Positions 52,401 through 61,567 of a DNA stretch of 64,000 nucleotides are shown here, piece by piece; the first letter of the stretch is position 1; the number at the start of each line of letters is the position of its first letter. The notes beneath the pieces are model-generated. The model saw nothing but the letters and a program-made list of their open reading frames with translations. It did no database searches and was not told the DNA's origin. The stretch lies in the NCBI GenBank assembly GCA_048128005.1, contig JBEUKZ010000085.1, forward strand, positions 186,001 through 250,000. Direction: 5' to 3'. Position numbers and translations under genes: made by a program. The DNA comes from Veleropilina oligotropha (lineage: Eukaryota).

Positions 52401-53096
52401 CTGTTGCTCCAGAGGCACAAGGAGCACTTCCCAGACTCCCCGGTACCTATCCTTTATCACCCCAGGGACACCCGTAAGCAAAATATCATGGTAACCATTC
52501 CGGGCACCGATGAAAGAGAGGAGCTAGTTCTCAACGACGTCGTTGAGGTCACGATTGAGGCCGCTGAGCAGGCTATCCTGACCCCGGATTGGCGCCTGGG
52601 CTATGCTCTCACCATCCATTCGAGCCAGGGTCTTACCATTCACGACCCACAGAAAGTCTGGATCATCGACGACTACCTTCAGTGGAGTAATCTCGCCTAC
52701 CTAGCCGTGTCCCGGGTGGAGTATCTGCATCAGCTCGAGCGGGTAACCTGTCCTCCAGATGAGGGTTCTGAGGACAGGCCGCCCCAAGCGCAGCAGAGCA
52801 AGCAGCAGCTCCGAAAAACCATCCAGAGGAAGCTCGTGGCATACATGCGCCAGGACCAGGCAAAGGGACTCCCGGGGTTTAACCTCAAGGTCGACGACAT
52901 CCTGCGGCTCAGAGAGGCCCAAAACAACCGATGCGCAGCATGTAACATAGAGCTGCTCTGGGCCTACCAGCCCAAAGACACACAGCAGTTCAGTGTCGAC
53001 CGTGTGGACAACCGCAGGGGCCACATCCGCGACAACGTGCGCTTAACGTGCCTTGAATGTAACCGAAAAAGAGGATTTGCAGTTGTTAACGCCTGA
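49407..53096 (+). CDS. Multidomain replicase: OTU-like protease, divergent family B DNA polymerase, SF1B helicase, His-Me endonuclease
   Basis: GDLNC/HNGH; DMKACYP, IIGKF, ATDSI; GGGGCGKT, IIWDE, GDQGQ, TIHSSQG, YLAVSR; CAAC...SVDRVDNRRGH..DN..LTCLECN. Confidence 0.82.
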   Translation: MSTMDDYIDQLLADMQASETLRDVVQNILDEPIPEDVKERLLKPLVPSKDPQTERKRKAIVEEFDPIPLSKKPRTAQDYQNDLLGLFTTTAGQQFIDLDDQAPPPVRLPAKEPWVELLNDAKDEFEVDGAAAAFSTWRVEVENIEARAGRLALDARMTDARAAQLLTALPKGEFLLRIKFLREWGEGDWVVEDKFDPVKAARKKGQGVVEISQDTKPGAITGVDKAYYENAYPVTAVVYGLYPLREPNPANLVPMKNGDLNCVAQRVVEHFEGALRGNGLTPIRRQKIQEWEARVHVTGATVDDISILEKILKRAIIVRDIAGADIYNSGKYRGQGNHTFRQVELICHNGHAWSKDLHFPQSREVNIYEGDVWEAIRQATRNEPLAVWLLGGTDRQLNVNQFVLQDGRTYRTKEAHERLQEACKALGDESLADRAFGENHAASIMAKENNGWRPTPAGLLDDIQKACVEHGHGGLWNSMNYDTGDVCCIDMKACYPASFLGKGEAKPYFERFGHPTHSMTRVAINGPLPREIGTGFAEVVEWEFAQDIHPVIPAWFGKHFAENGWAPTPLLAFLIESGLLKSLKIREAIIAFRKQTDVWLPENRDQGCRIIGKFTQGAKADGKRLTRRLVIDQGELDFLVRDTRQSGTLVGAPQRCPMGHILTYYDGSQPQYAHLRASMLAYAHISLLSMLQRFTPEEAVRVATDSIYLKKASLEKLDDVTVYVAPQLCDCGDKSCISCLIGETYLPPVAPAQWRDKGEQLYLPQEHAAYLPKPEYCCAANSSQPSTAPCYNDTLTHHRLSYLNGGGGCGKTTRAIELFRARNPIVFTPTHRLAKEMRTRGVKAQTYHSFFRWSGQTDWTPDRMGQKFIPRVIIWDEVCTVPRPILEMFLDWLGHHEVQVICCGDQGQPPPITGEMPHDWLRQTADYYEEIEVDYRAKDDPALQALKRRIRLQPDKIQCGDMRKSLPSCLGWDRFVNTWRPGDLILTSRQKVRERAQQLLLQRHKEHFPDSPVPILYHPRDTRKQNIMVTIPGTDEREELVLNDVVEVTIEAAEQAILTPDWRLGYALTIHSSQGLTIHDPQKVWIIDDYLQWSNLAYLAVSRVEYLHQLERVTCPPDEGSEDRPPQAQQSKQQLRKTIQRKLVAYMRQDQAKGLPGFNLKVDDILRLREAQNNRCAACNIELLWAYQPKDTQQFSVDRVDNRRGHIRDNVRLTCLECNRKRGFAVVNA

Positions 53097-54084
53097 GAAC
53101 CGGCGGCAGTTGGGTGTCACGAGGCACCACGAGAAGTTCCTCACGAACGAACCCACGCGGTGGTCCATCAAGCAAGTAGTAGAGCACAGGCTCGTCAGGT
53201 TTAGTGACAGAGCGTCCAAGCCTGTGCACTTTTAGAGACCACACCGGGTCAGTCGCTCGCCGGCGACCACCCTCCAACTCACCGGGTTGGTATAGGTATC
53301 GAACATCTACGTCAGAGGGGAGTTTCTGTTCCTTCCCCTGTCGGCCTGGAACAGTGGAAGAAGGATTTTGTGCAACGCGAGGTGCCTTGATGGCGTCCTT
53401 GGGCTTTTTACCGGTCAGCCTGGTCACTTCCCCATTCAACGCCGCAACAACGGCGGGCAGCCTGGCGACCCACTCAGTTGACCTTTGACCCTCTTTCGCA
53501 GACCCTGTAAAACTCATCTCTGTTGCATACTGGTGCCCGAAGAGCCGCTCAGCGAGCGTCCGGTTGAAGCGCTCCACGATCCCTTGATCGCGATGGAGAT
53601 CCACACGGCCACGCCTAACCTCGACATTATTATTTGCCAGCAGCTGGGAGACCGTCCCCATGAACTCTCGCCCTGGATCAACCTGAAGCAATTTCGGCCA
53701 GCTAAGAGGACTCCGCCTGTAGATTCGAGACAGAGCTTCAGCAACCCCTTTGGCCTCTTTTGTGGCCAGAGGCTCAGCTTCTTTAAAGCGACTGGCCACA
53801 TCAACCACAGTCAAAGCGTACTTATAGGTTTTACGGCCGACCTTGTCATGGGGGAGAAACAGGAGGTCGGCTTGGTGAACCTCGTTTGGCGTTACGACGT
53901 CGAATTTTGGTCTTGGAATCCGCCGTGGCGCAGGTAAATAGATCTGCCATATAGCCTGCCTCTTAAGCCATGTCCGGGCGTCCATTTCAGACGCCTTGGC
54001 AGCCTCCGCTAGTTTCTTTATCGCGGCAATGCCTTTCCAGTAGCCCTTAGGGCTGTAGTATATCCTCGCAAGCTTACTATCCAT
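53086..54084 (-). CDS. Retroviral-like (rve, DDE) integrase, Polinton type
   Basis: HQADL, VVDVASRF, QVDPGREF, GIVERFNRTL. Confidence 0.92.
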   Translation of the reverse strand: MDSKLARIYYSPKGYWKGIAAIKKLAEAAKASEMDARTWLKRQAIWQIYLPAPRRIPRPKFDVVTPNEVHQADLLFLPHDKVGRKTYKYALTVVDVASRFKEAEPLATKEAKGVAEALSRIYRRSPLSWPKLLQVDPGREFMGTVSQLLANNNVEVRRGRVDLHRDQGIVERFNRTLAERLFGHQYATEMSFTGSAKEGQRSTEWVARLPAVVAALNGEVTRLTGKKPKDAIKAPRVAQNPSSTVPGRQGKEQKLPSDVDVRYLYQPGELEGGRRRATDPVWSLKVHRLGRSVTKPDEPVLYYLLDGPPRGFVREELLVVPRDTQLPPVLRR

Positions 54085-54347
54085 CAGCAATGTATTCCAG
54101 TAAACTGATCAGTCTCAAACAGGCTTCAGCTTCCGGAGCCGGTCGCTGCGCAGTCGTAGCCCGAAGGTTGGTCGGGCCCGAGAGCACCAGGACTGCGAAC
54201 CGCACCATAGTATTTTCGTCGCGGCGCCAGCAGTCGAGTGACGTAGTACTAAGGCCCACCCCGCTGACCGCAAGCATGGCGCAGTACAGCTCTTCTGGGA
54301 GCCCCATTACTATACATGCCCACGAAAAAAATGTCCACTGGAAATAA

Positions 54348-54779
54348 TTAGGCGAGCTTGTAGGCTACCAACCCGGTCGCAGCCATCCCCAGGATGATGA
54401 AGGTGATCTCACGTCCCTTCTGGGCATCGCTCGGTGTGTAGTAGTCAGACAGCTGGGGCTCAGGGCCACCTCCCACAGCGGTGGGGTCAAGGTTCTTGCC
54501 GGTGATCAATGCATACTCACGGATCGCGGCATCAACATCTCGGAATGTCCCAACGGCATGACCCTGGCGGCGAAGTTCAACGTTCAGCCAGTCGAGACGC
54601 TCTGCCCTCTGTTGTGACCATTTAGTCTGAGCAGCGTTGAGCTGTTCTACAGCAATGTCGTGGCGTTTACGCTCCGCATCGACACCGGAGCTGCGTAGCT
54701 TCGAGAAGAGGAAGTTCGAGCCGCTGAAGGCGAGGGCGTTGACGAGAGCGCCCCCAACCAGCATCGCAATGGAAGCCAT
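54348..54779 (-). CDS. Viral membrane protein (hydrophobic N-terminus, coiled coil, C-terminal TM)
   Basis: MASIAMLVGGALVNALAF...ITFIILGMAATGLVAYKLA. Confidence 0.7.
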   Translation of the reverse strand: MASIAMLVGGALVNALAFSGSNFLFSKLRSSGVDAERKRHDIAVEQLNAAQTKWSQQRAERLDWLNVELRRQGHAVGTFRDVDAAIREYALITGKNLDPTAVGGGPEPQLSDYYTPSDAQKGREITFIILGMAATGLVAYKLA

Positions 54780-54810
54780 TGAAATGCTGCGATTATCTAG
54801 CAAGGTCCCA

Positions 54811-55050
54811 CTACTTCAATATATCGGCCGGAATGATGCCTTGCTTGATCAGCATGTCTTTCGTCGCCATGGCGAGCGCTACGTCGAGGACGACCATCCC
54901 GACATCGTAGCCCGTGAAGTGCAGTTTGGGGCTCGCTCCCTTGAATACCATCTTTGTCAGGCGTGCGTAGCCAATGGCGAGGCCTGACACTATAGCGGCG
55001 TGGTATACAGCGTTGCCGAGCATCTTTCCATCAGTGATTGTGGTAGTCAT
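54811..55050 (-). CDS. Small hydrophobic viral protein (79 aa)
   Basis: Two hydrophobic segments; fills the space between co-oriented ORFs. Confidence 0.65.
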   Translation of the reverse strand: MTTTITDGKMLGNAVYHAAIVSGLAIGYARLTKMVFKGASPKLHFTGYDVGMVVLDVALAMATKDMLIKQGIIPADILK

Positions 55051-55079
55051 AACTGTTGATTAGTACTATTGATTTGCGA

Positions 55080-55571
55080 CTATTGCATATGAAAAGGGTT
55101 CTGCTTCTTCAATTCGATAGTGGGGGCGGCCCGAGGCTGCCTAGCGTCCGCGTCTGGTGGCTGTTGATGTGGTGTGGATGGACCAGGGTTGCTGCGTTCT
55201 GAGGACGTCTTCCAGACAACAAATACCAATGCAACCGTACCGGCAGCGACGGCTACCTGGGTCCAATTAAATAGGTCCGATTTCCGTGTATCTGGCGCAC
55301 GCGGTCTTTCTGCGGCTGGAACCGCCTCCCCGGGCTGTTCTGATGGAACGACAACACTTGTTGGGGCACTCAGGTCTTCTTTCATTTTTCGAACCGCGGC
55401 CAGTAGCTTCTCCTGCTTGGCTTTTCGAGCAGCAGCGCCGGCCCTCCCTGCAGCCACTTTTTTCGGGTCCTTTTTACTCACTGATGAGTCCGTCGAAGAA
55501 GTCACCCTCTCTATCGGCTGGCTCTCGATCGGCTGGCTCTCGATCACTTGGTCCACTTCCAGCGTTGTCAT
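55080..55571 (-). CDS. Viral protein with basic helix (KKDPKKVAAGRAGAAARKAK) and TM segment
   Basis: Composition and position in the co-oriented gene run. Confidence 0.6.
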   Translation of the reverse strand: MTTLEVDQVIESQPIESQPIERVTSSTDSSVSKKDPKKVAAGRAGAAARKAKQEKLLAAVRKMKEDLSAPTSVVVPSEQPGEAVPAAERPRAPDTRKSDLFNWTQVAVAAGTVALVFVVWKTSSERSNPGPSTPHQQPPDADARQPRAAPTIELKKQNPFHMQ

Positions 55572-56271
55572 CTTGATCTCGCCCTCGCTCTGGTATCTTA
55601 GGCGGGCAAACATGTCCAAATTGGCAGTGCTTAGCCGTGGTCAACGCTGCGGTCAGCGGTGCGAGGTACATGCCATATTTATAATACAGCTCACAGCTTG
55701 CAGTGGTCAGGGCATGTGAGATGAACGGGTCGGCCTCCAGGTCGGCGATCAGTCGTAGCTGGTTTGCTGGTGGAATGGGCAGGAACATCCCAGCTGCCCC
55801 CGCGTAGAGATGAATAGCTGAAGTCCCCAGAGTCTTCGTCACATCGGCACCGAGTTTCGCTTCATACCTCGCGTGGTGCTTTTCGACCTCGTCGTCAGTC
55901 ATGTCGTCTATCCGGTCCACTGTGAGGTTACGCCCCATGTATCGGTGGGCCTGTCCTCCAACGGCTAAGGCTGCAAGCCTCTCACGCTTTGCCGCGCAAA
56001 CGGAACTTGCGACTCCACTGTTACTGACAGGTTCCTTGCCATCGGGAGTCAAGCGACAGCTGTTGATGGTCGTTTCTTGTTCGTCATCCATGAGTTGATC
56101 GATGAGGCTGTCCATCCTGAAGCGTTTCCAGCATCGCCTCACCGGTCTAATATAACTGTAAATCCAATACCACAATGTAGCGAGTAGGAGCAAGATCAGG
56201 CTCTGGCTGAAAGCAAAAGCTAGATATACAGCGTCCGACATGCGAGAGCTTGCTGGGCAGCTACTTAGCAT
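55474..56271 (-). CDS. Hypothetical viral protein (N-terminal TM; alternative start MDSLIDQL at ~56115)
   Basis: 265 aa ORF immediately downstream of the ATPase. Confidence 0.6.
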   Translation of the reverse strand: MLSSCPASSRMSDAVYLAFAFSQSLILLLLATLWYWIYSYIRPVRRCWKRFRMDSLIDQLMDDEQETTINSCRLTPDGKEPVSNSGVASSVCAAKRERLAALAVGGQAHRYMGRNLTVDRIDDMTDDEVEKHHARYEAKLGADVTKTLGTSAIHLYAGAAGMFLPIPPANQLRLIADLEADPFISHALTTASCELYYKYGMYLAPLTAALTTAKHCQFGHVCPPKIPERGRDQDDNAGSGPSDREPADREPADREGDFFDGLISE

Positions 56272-56282
56272 CTGCTGGGTAG

Positions 56283-56915
56283 CTATAGCACACTATAAGC
56301 AACGGGCTGATCAGTTTTCAACAGAAGCTTAGCGTGTCGTGTCTCGGCCAACAGCCGGCGAACCTCGGTCCGTTCATCCTGCGACGGGATTACATCGTTC
56401 TCGCGCAGACAGTCCTCGAAACTGTCGCGGTCCTTGCAATGGAACAGCGCGACCCAGCGGGTCTGCTCTCTGAGCTCCTTCAAGACCGAGTTGTACTTTT
56501 GCGTCACTACCCATACGCTCTGTTCGGCATGCCTGCCGCTGAAGGCCAACAAAGTCAGCATGTCCCGTTTTTTTGCCATAGCTTTGCTGGCGGCGCAGTC
56601 GTCGATTATGTACAGAGTCGACTCCCCCTGAAACAGTCGGTAGAACCCCCGCAGCCAGTCATGGAGTCGCTCACCCGGGGGGACTAAATACACCTCAGGG
56701 TCGGTCCAGATCCACGGACAAGACTGGTATGCCTTGTTGAACTTGATCGTGGGGCAGAGGATCACGATATGCCGGAAGACGCCTCGATACTCCCCTTCCA
56801 GCAGTTCAAGCATGAAAACCGTCTTCCCACAACCGGTCTGGCCGCAGATGATTGCGGAGTGGGGGTCCTTGGTGTGCGGAAATCGTTTAGTACAGTGCTT
56901 CGACGAATCGGCCAT
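56283..56915 (-). CDS. A32/FtsK-like genome packaging ATPase
   Basis: Walker A GQTGCGKT, Walker B YIIDD, GRH arginine finger, VVTQ. Confidence 0.9.
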   Translation of the reverse strand: MADSSKHCTKRFPHTKDPHSAIICGQTGCGKTVFMLELLEGEYRGVFRHIVILCPTIKFNKAYQSCPWIWTDPEVYLVPPGERLHDWLRGFYRLFQGESTLYIIDDCAASKAMAKKRDMLTLLAFSGRHAEQSVWVVTQKYNSVLKELREQTRWVALFHCKDRDSFEDCLRENDVIPSQDERTEVRRLLAETRHAKLLLKTDQPVAYSVL

Positions 56916-58185
56916 TCTCGATATTCAGCTGTGCGTCCATGATCACGAACTCGTAGACGTTCAGTGGACCGGCCACTTCGGCTGTTTTAGTGATCTGAAT
57001 AGTAATGCCTTCGCTGGCGTTCTCGACCCTCCGGCCTGACCCGTGCAACTGATCGTCGTCAGTTACCCGCATATCGATCCAGAGCGCAAATTTCTTAGTC
57101 AGAAATTCGCCCAGGGTGACGTCTGCCATCTCCAAGTCCTTTGCGACCATCGCGACCTCAGGATGCCGCTTACTGCAGCCGGAGGCGAACATTTTCTTGG
57201 CTTCTTCCCAGATCTGGTATGTTCGCATGCCCTGGCTGTAGATTTGATTCGGGACACCCTCGATTGTGACCTCGACCTTTGTGATCTTCGGATTATAGAA
57301 GGCCTCAGTATCGCGAGAGAATGGCGCGGCGTCTCTCGCAGGGTCCTCGAACAACAGTAGTATTCCTTTCATCGACCTCGCCGGTACGTTCACATTCATA
57401 TTCCACGAGTCGCTCTTGTCTAGGGTGAGCTTCCGATGCCGGAGAACACGGTCGTACAGGATTACGAGTTGACCCTGGTATTGATTTCGAATCCGTCTGG
57501 CAAGCTCGGATTGGGTTACCATGTCATATTCGAGGGATATATTGTCGATGGAATAGCTGGAACCGGAGTCGTCCGTCTCCCGGATAGTCCGGGAGTAGTC
57601 GTTGAACGTTAGCTCATACTCGAGACGGTCTCCAAGGGCGCTTTGATAGAATGGCATGTGACTTTCCAACAGCTCGAAATCCAGCGGGATGCGGAATCGG
57701 TTACCGTACGCGGCCGCGACCGCGACATCCTCAGACAGTCTAAAGGCGTCTGCCGCACCAACACGATGCTTCGTAGTGTTATGTCCATCGCTGGTATCAA
57801 TCCCCTGGTACTGGGCGTTCTTGCGCTCCCCGGTGGTCTTCCAGAGATCGCAGTAGCAGTGGTACACGTGGGAGTCGTCAATCGACATGATCTCGTTTCC
57901 ACTTATCTTTATCGTGGTCTTTCTGATCACGGCACGGCCGATATTTTGCACTACAGTCCTATTCGCATTTACCGAGGTCAGAGAGATGGTAAATGTGAGG
58001 TGGGCAGTCCCTGGAACGATCACGTCATTCGCCCCGAGATTAGGGAATCGAACCAGGAGCTGCTGGTTGGCGGAAATCGTTGATGGATTGTTTGTTATGG
58101 TCACCGACTGGCGAATACCCTTGACCGCGAGGGGCTCACGCAGTCTGCGGTATGGATTAAGCTTGCGTCCGTACACGCTAGTCAT
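56887..58185 (-). CDS. Putative double jelly-roll major capsid protein
   Basis: ~430 aa, beta-rich, adjacent to the packaging ATPase. Has MCP-like segments (IKISGNEI..ID, FRIPLDF, LEYELTF, ISLEYD, FYNPKITKVEVTIEG, FALWID). Fold is inferred. Confidence 0.78.
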   Translation of the reverse strand: MTSVYGRKLNPYRRLREPLAVKGIRQSVTITNNPSTISANQQLLVRFPNLGANDVIVPGTAHLTFTISLTSVNANRTVVQNIGRAVIRKTTIKISGNEIMSIDDSHVYHCYCDLWKTTGERKNAQYQGIDTSDGHNTTKHRVGAADAFRLSEDVAVAAAYGNRFRIPLDFELLESHMPFYQSALGDRLEYELTFNDYSRTIRETDDSGSSYSIDNISLEYDMVTQSELARRIRNQYQGQLVILYDRVLRHRKLTLDKSDSWNMNVNVPARSMKGILLLFEDPARDAAPFSRDTEAFYNPKITKVEVTIEGVPNQIYSQGMRTYQIWEEAKKMFASGCSKRHPEVAMVAKDLEMADVTLGEFLTKKFALWIDMRVTDDDQLHGSGRRVENASEGITIQITKTAEVAGPLNVYEFVIMDAQLNIENGRFVEALY

Positions 58186-58221
58186 GGCTGAATTAGATGC
58201 GTATCCCACTGATGTATTCAA

Positions 58222-59534
58222 ATGGCGAAATTCGAGAACCCCGCATTCGAGCCGGACGATCTCATCGACAACGATGATACCATCATCGACGATACTGATG
58301 TGGATCTATCCACCGACCGGTTTATGCCTGTTCTTTCGGAACGGCCACAGGAAGGAACCAGCAGTCTTCAGCAAGAGCTCATTCAGGGCGTAGTTGACGA
58401 CTACTACAAAGCCCTGGCACAGGAGGGGCAGACCCCCGCGGCAGGGCGAGATTATTCAAAATTCAAGTATGTGAGGGGAAAATTAGGGAGGGGGGGGAAA
58501 TTGGTGATGACGGACTACCCCGACATCAATCTCATAAATTCTCGCACCGGCAACCCCTTGGCGTTGTCAACAATAGCTGGCCGGCCTGGTGGGGGTGATG
58601 CAATCCGTGAAGGGTTGGGGTTTGTACACTGGACGCGGGGGGACAAAAGCCGTCCTCAAAAGCGGTTGCAGCTCTTCAGACAGCCGACAACGAGTTGAGC
58701 GGTGCGGCCGCTAATGTCGAAAACGTAGAACTGCGGGACTTGGGGCAGACTGCTACTGATGCCTCGGTAGCAATCCACATGATGGAGACGAAATTCACTG
58801 ATACCGAGGTTGAAGAGATCTTAGGCACAATGGGGGACCCTCCATTAAACCTCCGCGAGCTTCGCGGACTTGACAAGGCGATGCAGACCATCCGAGGCGA
58901 ACTAACCAACAATCTAGCCAAACTAACGGCGCTGGACGAACACATAGAGCTGGAGAAGATGAAGCTCGATCAGGCAGATGAAGAGGGCGGTGTGGATGAG
59001 TTCATCCGTCGACGGATCGCGGAACGTCTGCGCGACCTGAATGATGAAAGAGCAGCTCGCCTAGAGGCAGCATCATCAAGCCGGGAGGCCCTTCGCTCTC
59101 AAATCAGCCGGATCCGAGAGATGATAAGTCGGATCCTGAACACCGACACAACGCTGGCCGAGCGTATCCGGACCCTGTTCCGCGAGCAAGGGGTTACGAT
59201 CGCAACAATACTGACCGCTATCGGGCTCGCCATCTCGACTTTGGTACTAGCCCTGACAGGTGGAGCAACAAGCCCGCCAACGCCACCACCACCTCCCAGT
59301 GGTCAGGGCGGGGTCAAGGAGTGGGTCAAAAAGCAGCTGCAGAACTTGGGAAGGATTCTAGGCAAACTAGCAGGGAAGGCCGCAGCCGCGCTCCCAGGAA
59401 TACTTGGAAGCCTGGTCTCCTGGCTAATCAACCTGATTGGCAAGACAGCATCGTGGCTCGCTGAAAACCTATGGGCACTGGTCATATCAGTTGGGGGCTT
59501 GCTTCTTATTGCCGCTAGACAGTGGGTCACGTAA
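58222..59534 (+). CDS. Coiled-coil plus transmembrane viral protein, split by a single frameshift near 58640
   Basis: ORFs 58222-58698 and 58695-59534 join into one ~437 aa protein if one base is added in the G6 run at 58637-58642. Confidence 0.65.
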
Positions 59535-60813
59535 GCCAAATGAACGCTAGGCCAACGACAATGCCGCCCACGATAAGTGCGGTTTTATCCTCGTCATGTT
59601 TGGTTGCCCCAGCTGAAACAGCTGCCACTGGGGCCACAGCCGGCAGAGAGCCACGATGCTTCGGAGTGACCGCATCTGCGGGTAAGACGGCGTCTTGTGG
59701 GATGACCAATCCTGTTTCTCCAGTCTCCCCAGTGGCGTTGAGCGGCACAGGATTGGCCGCGTTCACCGTAGTATTAAGACCTAGGGTCTGGGCTTCCGTG
59801 GCAACGACGATCTCATTGTTATAACCAGCCACCTGCCCGATCCGAAGGAGCATGTCACTTGGCGCCATGTAAAGGCCGACGCCGAATACGAAGTCTACTT
59901 TAGACCTGGCATACTGCAAAACGTCCTGGTACCGTTGGATCGCAGCAGGGAGGTCAACGGGGGATGCGATGGCGTCTTCCACGTTCGCCAGGAACTGTTT
60001 CTGTGCGTCAAATGCCGTCCCACTACCCAGAATACTTGCACGCATTTGAGCCTGCGCTCCAAGAATAGCCCAGACGTAGGTCCTGATGGAATCATTGAGC
60101 CTTTCCACGCCGGCCCTCGTGAATCCCACCGACCTGTCCAGAATAAAAGTAGCCCAACCGTTTTTAAGCGCAGGCGCTTGCGCGATGTAGTCCACGTGCA
60201 GATTCGTGTTGGTCGTACCTTTGGTGAAGGACATTCGGCTTGGATCATACTCACGTCCGATGGGGTGGTAGCCGTTGTTCGTCCAGTAGCTGTAAGCGGT
60301 GCCTAGTCCGCCGTTGGGACCCTTGACACGCCAGTCGGTATGTGGGGACACTCCGAATTCGCTGCAGATCTTTTCATATGCCCTTCGGTCATACGGGGTG
60401 TCGAATGCATCCCACGTCCGGTCTTGTGGCAGCGGCGCCTGAATCTCGGTCAAGATCCTTCTGACCTGATAGTAGACGTGGAAGGTGAATACAGCAGTGG
60501 AGAGGGCTGCAGTAGCATTCAAGTGGTCTTCTGAGGAGATCCCGGAACCTGTTGTGGCACACCATACTGCGAAGTTGACCTTGTTCTGCCAGAACCGCAT
60601 CGGTGTGCTGTGCCAAGCCCTTATCAGCCCGTCACTAGCGACGTGAGGGAGGCGATACTTTTGAAATACGTCGGGGTAGTCTGCCCCGAATGCAGTGGTT
60701 GAGCTATTACCCACATTGATGCTTGGTCTCGTAAGCTGCTCATCTTTGATCTTTGCTGGGTACACCACACCGGTCGGATAGGCCGCACTCCTATTGAACA
60801 CAAATGCGCTCTT
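59527..60813 (-). CDS. Hypothetical viral protein with C-terminal TM anchor (start uncertain)
   Basis: ~430 aa open frame ending ALIVGGIVVGLAFIWLT. Confidence 0.7.
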   Translation of the reverse strand, partial: KSAFVFNRSAAYPTGVVYPAKIKDEQLTRPSINVGNSSTTAFGADYPDVFQKYRLPHVASDGLIRAWHSTPMRFWQNKVNFAVWCATTGSGISSEDHLNATAALSTAVFTFHVYYQVRRILTEIQAPLPQDRTWDAFDTPYDRRAYEKICSEFGVSPHTDWRVKGPNGGLGTAYSYWTNNGYHPIGREYDPSRMSFTKGTTNTNLHVDYIAQAPALKNGWATFILDRSVGFTRAGVERLNDSIRTYVWAILGAQAQMRASILGSGTAFDAQKQFLANVEDAIASPVDLPAAIQRYQDVLQYARSKVDFVFGVGLYMAPSDMLLRIGQVAGYNNEIVVATEAQTLGLNTTVNAANPVPLNATGETGETGLVIPQDAVLPADAVTPKHRGSLPAVAPVAAVSAGATKHDEDKTALIVGGIVVGLAFIWLT

Positions 60814-60826
60814 AGCCCTAGCTACT

Positions 60827-61567
60827 ATGTTCCACACATTAACAAACGTTCAAGAGGGGACCGCGGTTGCCCTCCTGGAGCCGATTGATAACCGGGACGG
60901 CAAGCTATGTGTCAGCTTGCAGTCGCTCGACTATTGGGTAGGCTGGCACAACGTGCATGCCGGAGCCTTCTTTAAGACCCCGGATACCACGGTCGACGTG
61001 GCACCAGGTTTCTACAGCTTCGATGACCTCGCCAAGACGATGAAGAGGTCGCTAGTTAACCTACAACTAGATGTAAGCCATGCTACAGGGCTCGCCCGAA
61101 TCGTGGTCCCAGAGGGGACTCGACTCGCGATAAGCGACGATATACGAAAACTCCTCGGCTTAGACCTCTCTTCGTTTATTCTCGATAAAGCAGGGAATCT
61201 GAACCAACCGGTTCGGGGAGTACAGGGCCAACCACCTCCCCCTCCGGAGAGATCCGAGTGGCTACGCCCTGGGACTTATGACGGGAATAAGCCTGTCGGG
61301 TTTGCCATAGCGCCAACCCTACACGTTCACCTGGAGCAGCTCAGTACAACGCACAATGTGAAGGATGGCGCCCCGAGCACTATTCTCGCGGTGGTCCCTA
61401 TCACGTCGCAGATGTTCGGTGAAGCTGGCCACTATCATAGCTATCCCGCCGGCCGGCGACTACAGGCCGGGCTAATCACAGAGTTGAAGGTTTACATCAC
61501 AGACTCAGATGGTAAACCGCTCGACAATCACGGTATGCCTATTTCCGCAGTCCTTGCGATACAATGA
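60827..61567 (+). CDS. Putative minor capsid (penton, single jelly-roll) protein
   Basis: V.PG.YS..DL near the N-terminus and STILAVVP...ITELKVYITDSDG..LD.HG..IS.VL.I at the C-terminus, typical of Polinton pentons. Confidence 0.75.
   Translation: MFHTLTNVQEGTAVALLEPIDNRDGKLCVSLQSLDYWVGWHNVHAGAFFKTPDTTVDVAPGFYSFDDLAKTMKRSLVNLQLDVSHATGLARIVVPEGTRLAISDDIRKLLGLDLSSFILDKAGNLNQPVRGVQGQPPPPPERSEWLRPGTYDGNKPVGFAIAPTLHVHLEQLSTTHNVKDGAPSTILAVVPITSQMFGEAGHYHSYPAGRRLQAGLITELKVYITDSDGKPLDNHGMPISAVLAIQ

Noticed and set aside
54077..54347. Short ORFs between the integrase and the 54348 gene
   Set aside because: Two opposing short frames with no motif; cannot tell which, if either, is real
43095..60616. 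Many antisense or alternative-frame ORFs inside DIRS and viral genes (e.g. 51144-52238, 49656-50459, 45392-46027)
   Set aside because: Shadow ORFs expected in GC-rich coding DNA; no recognisable motifs
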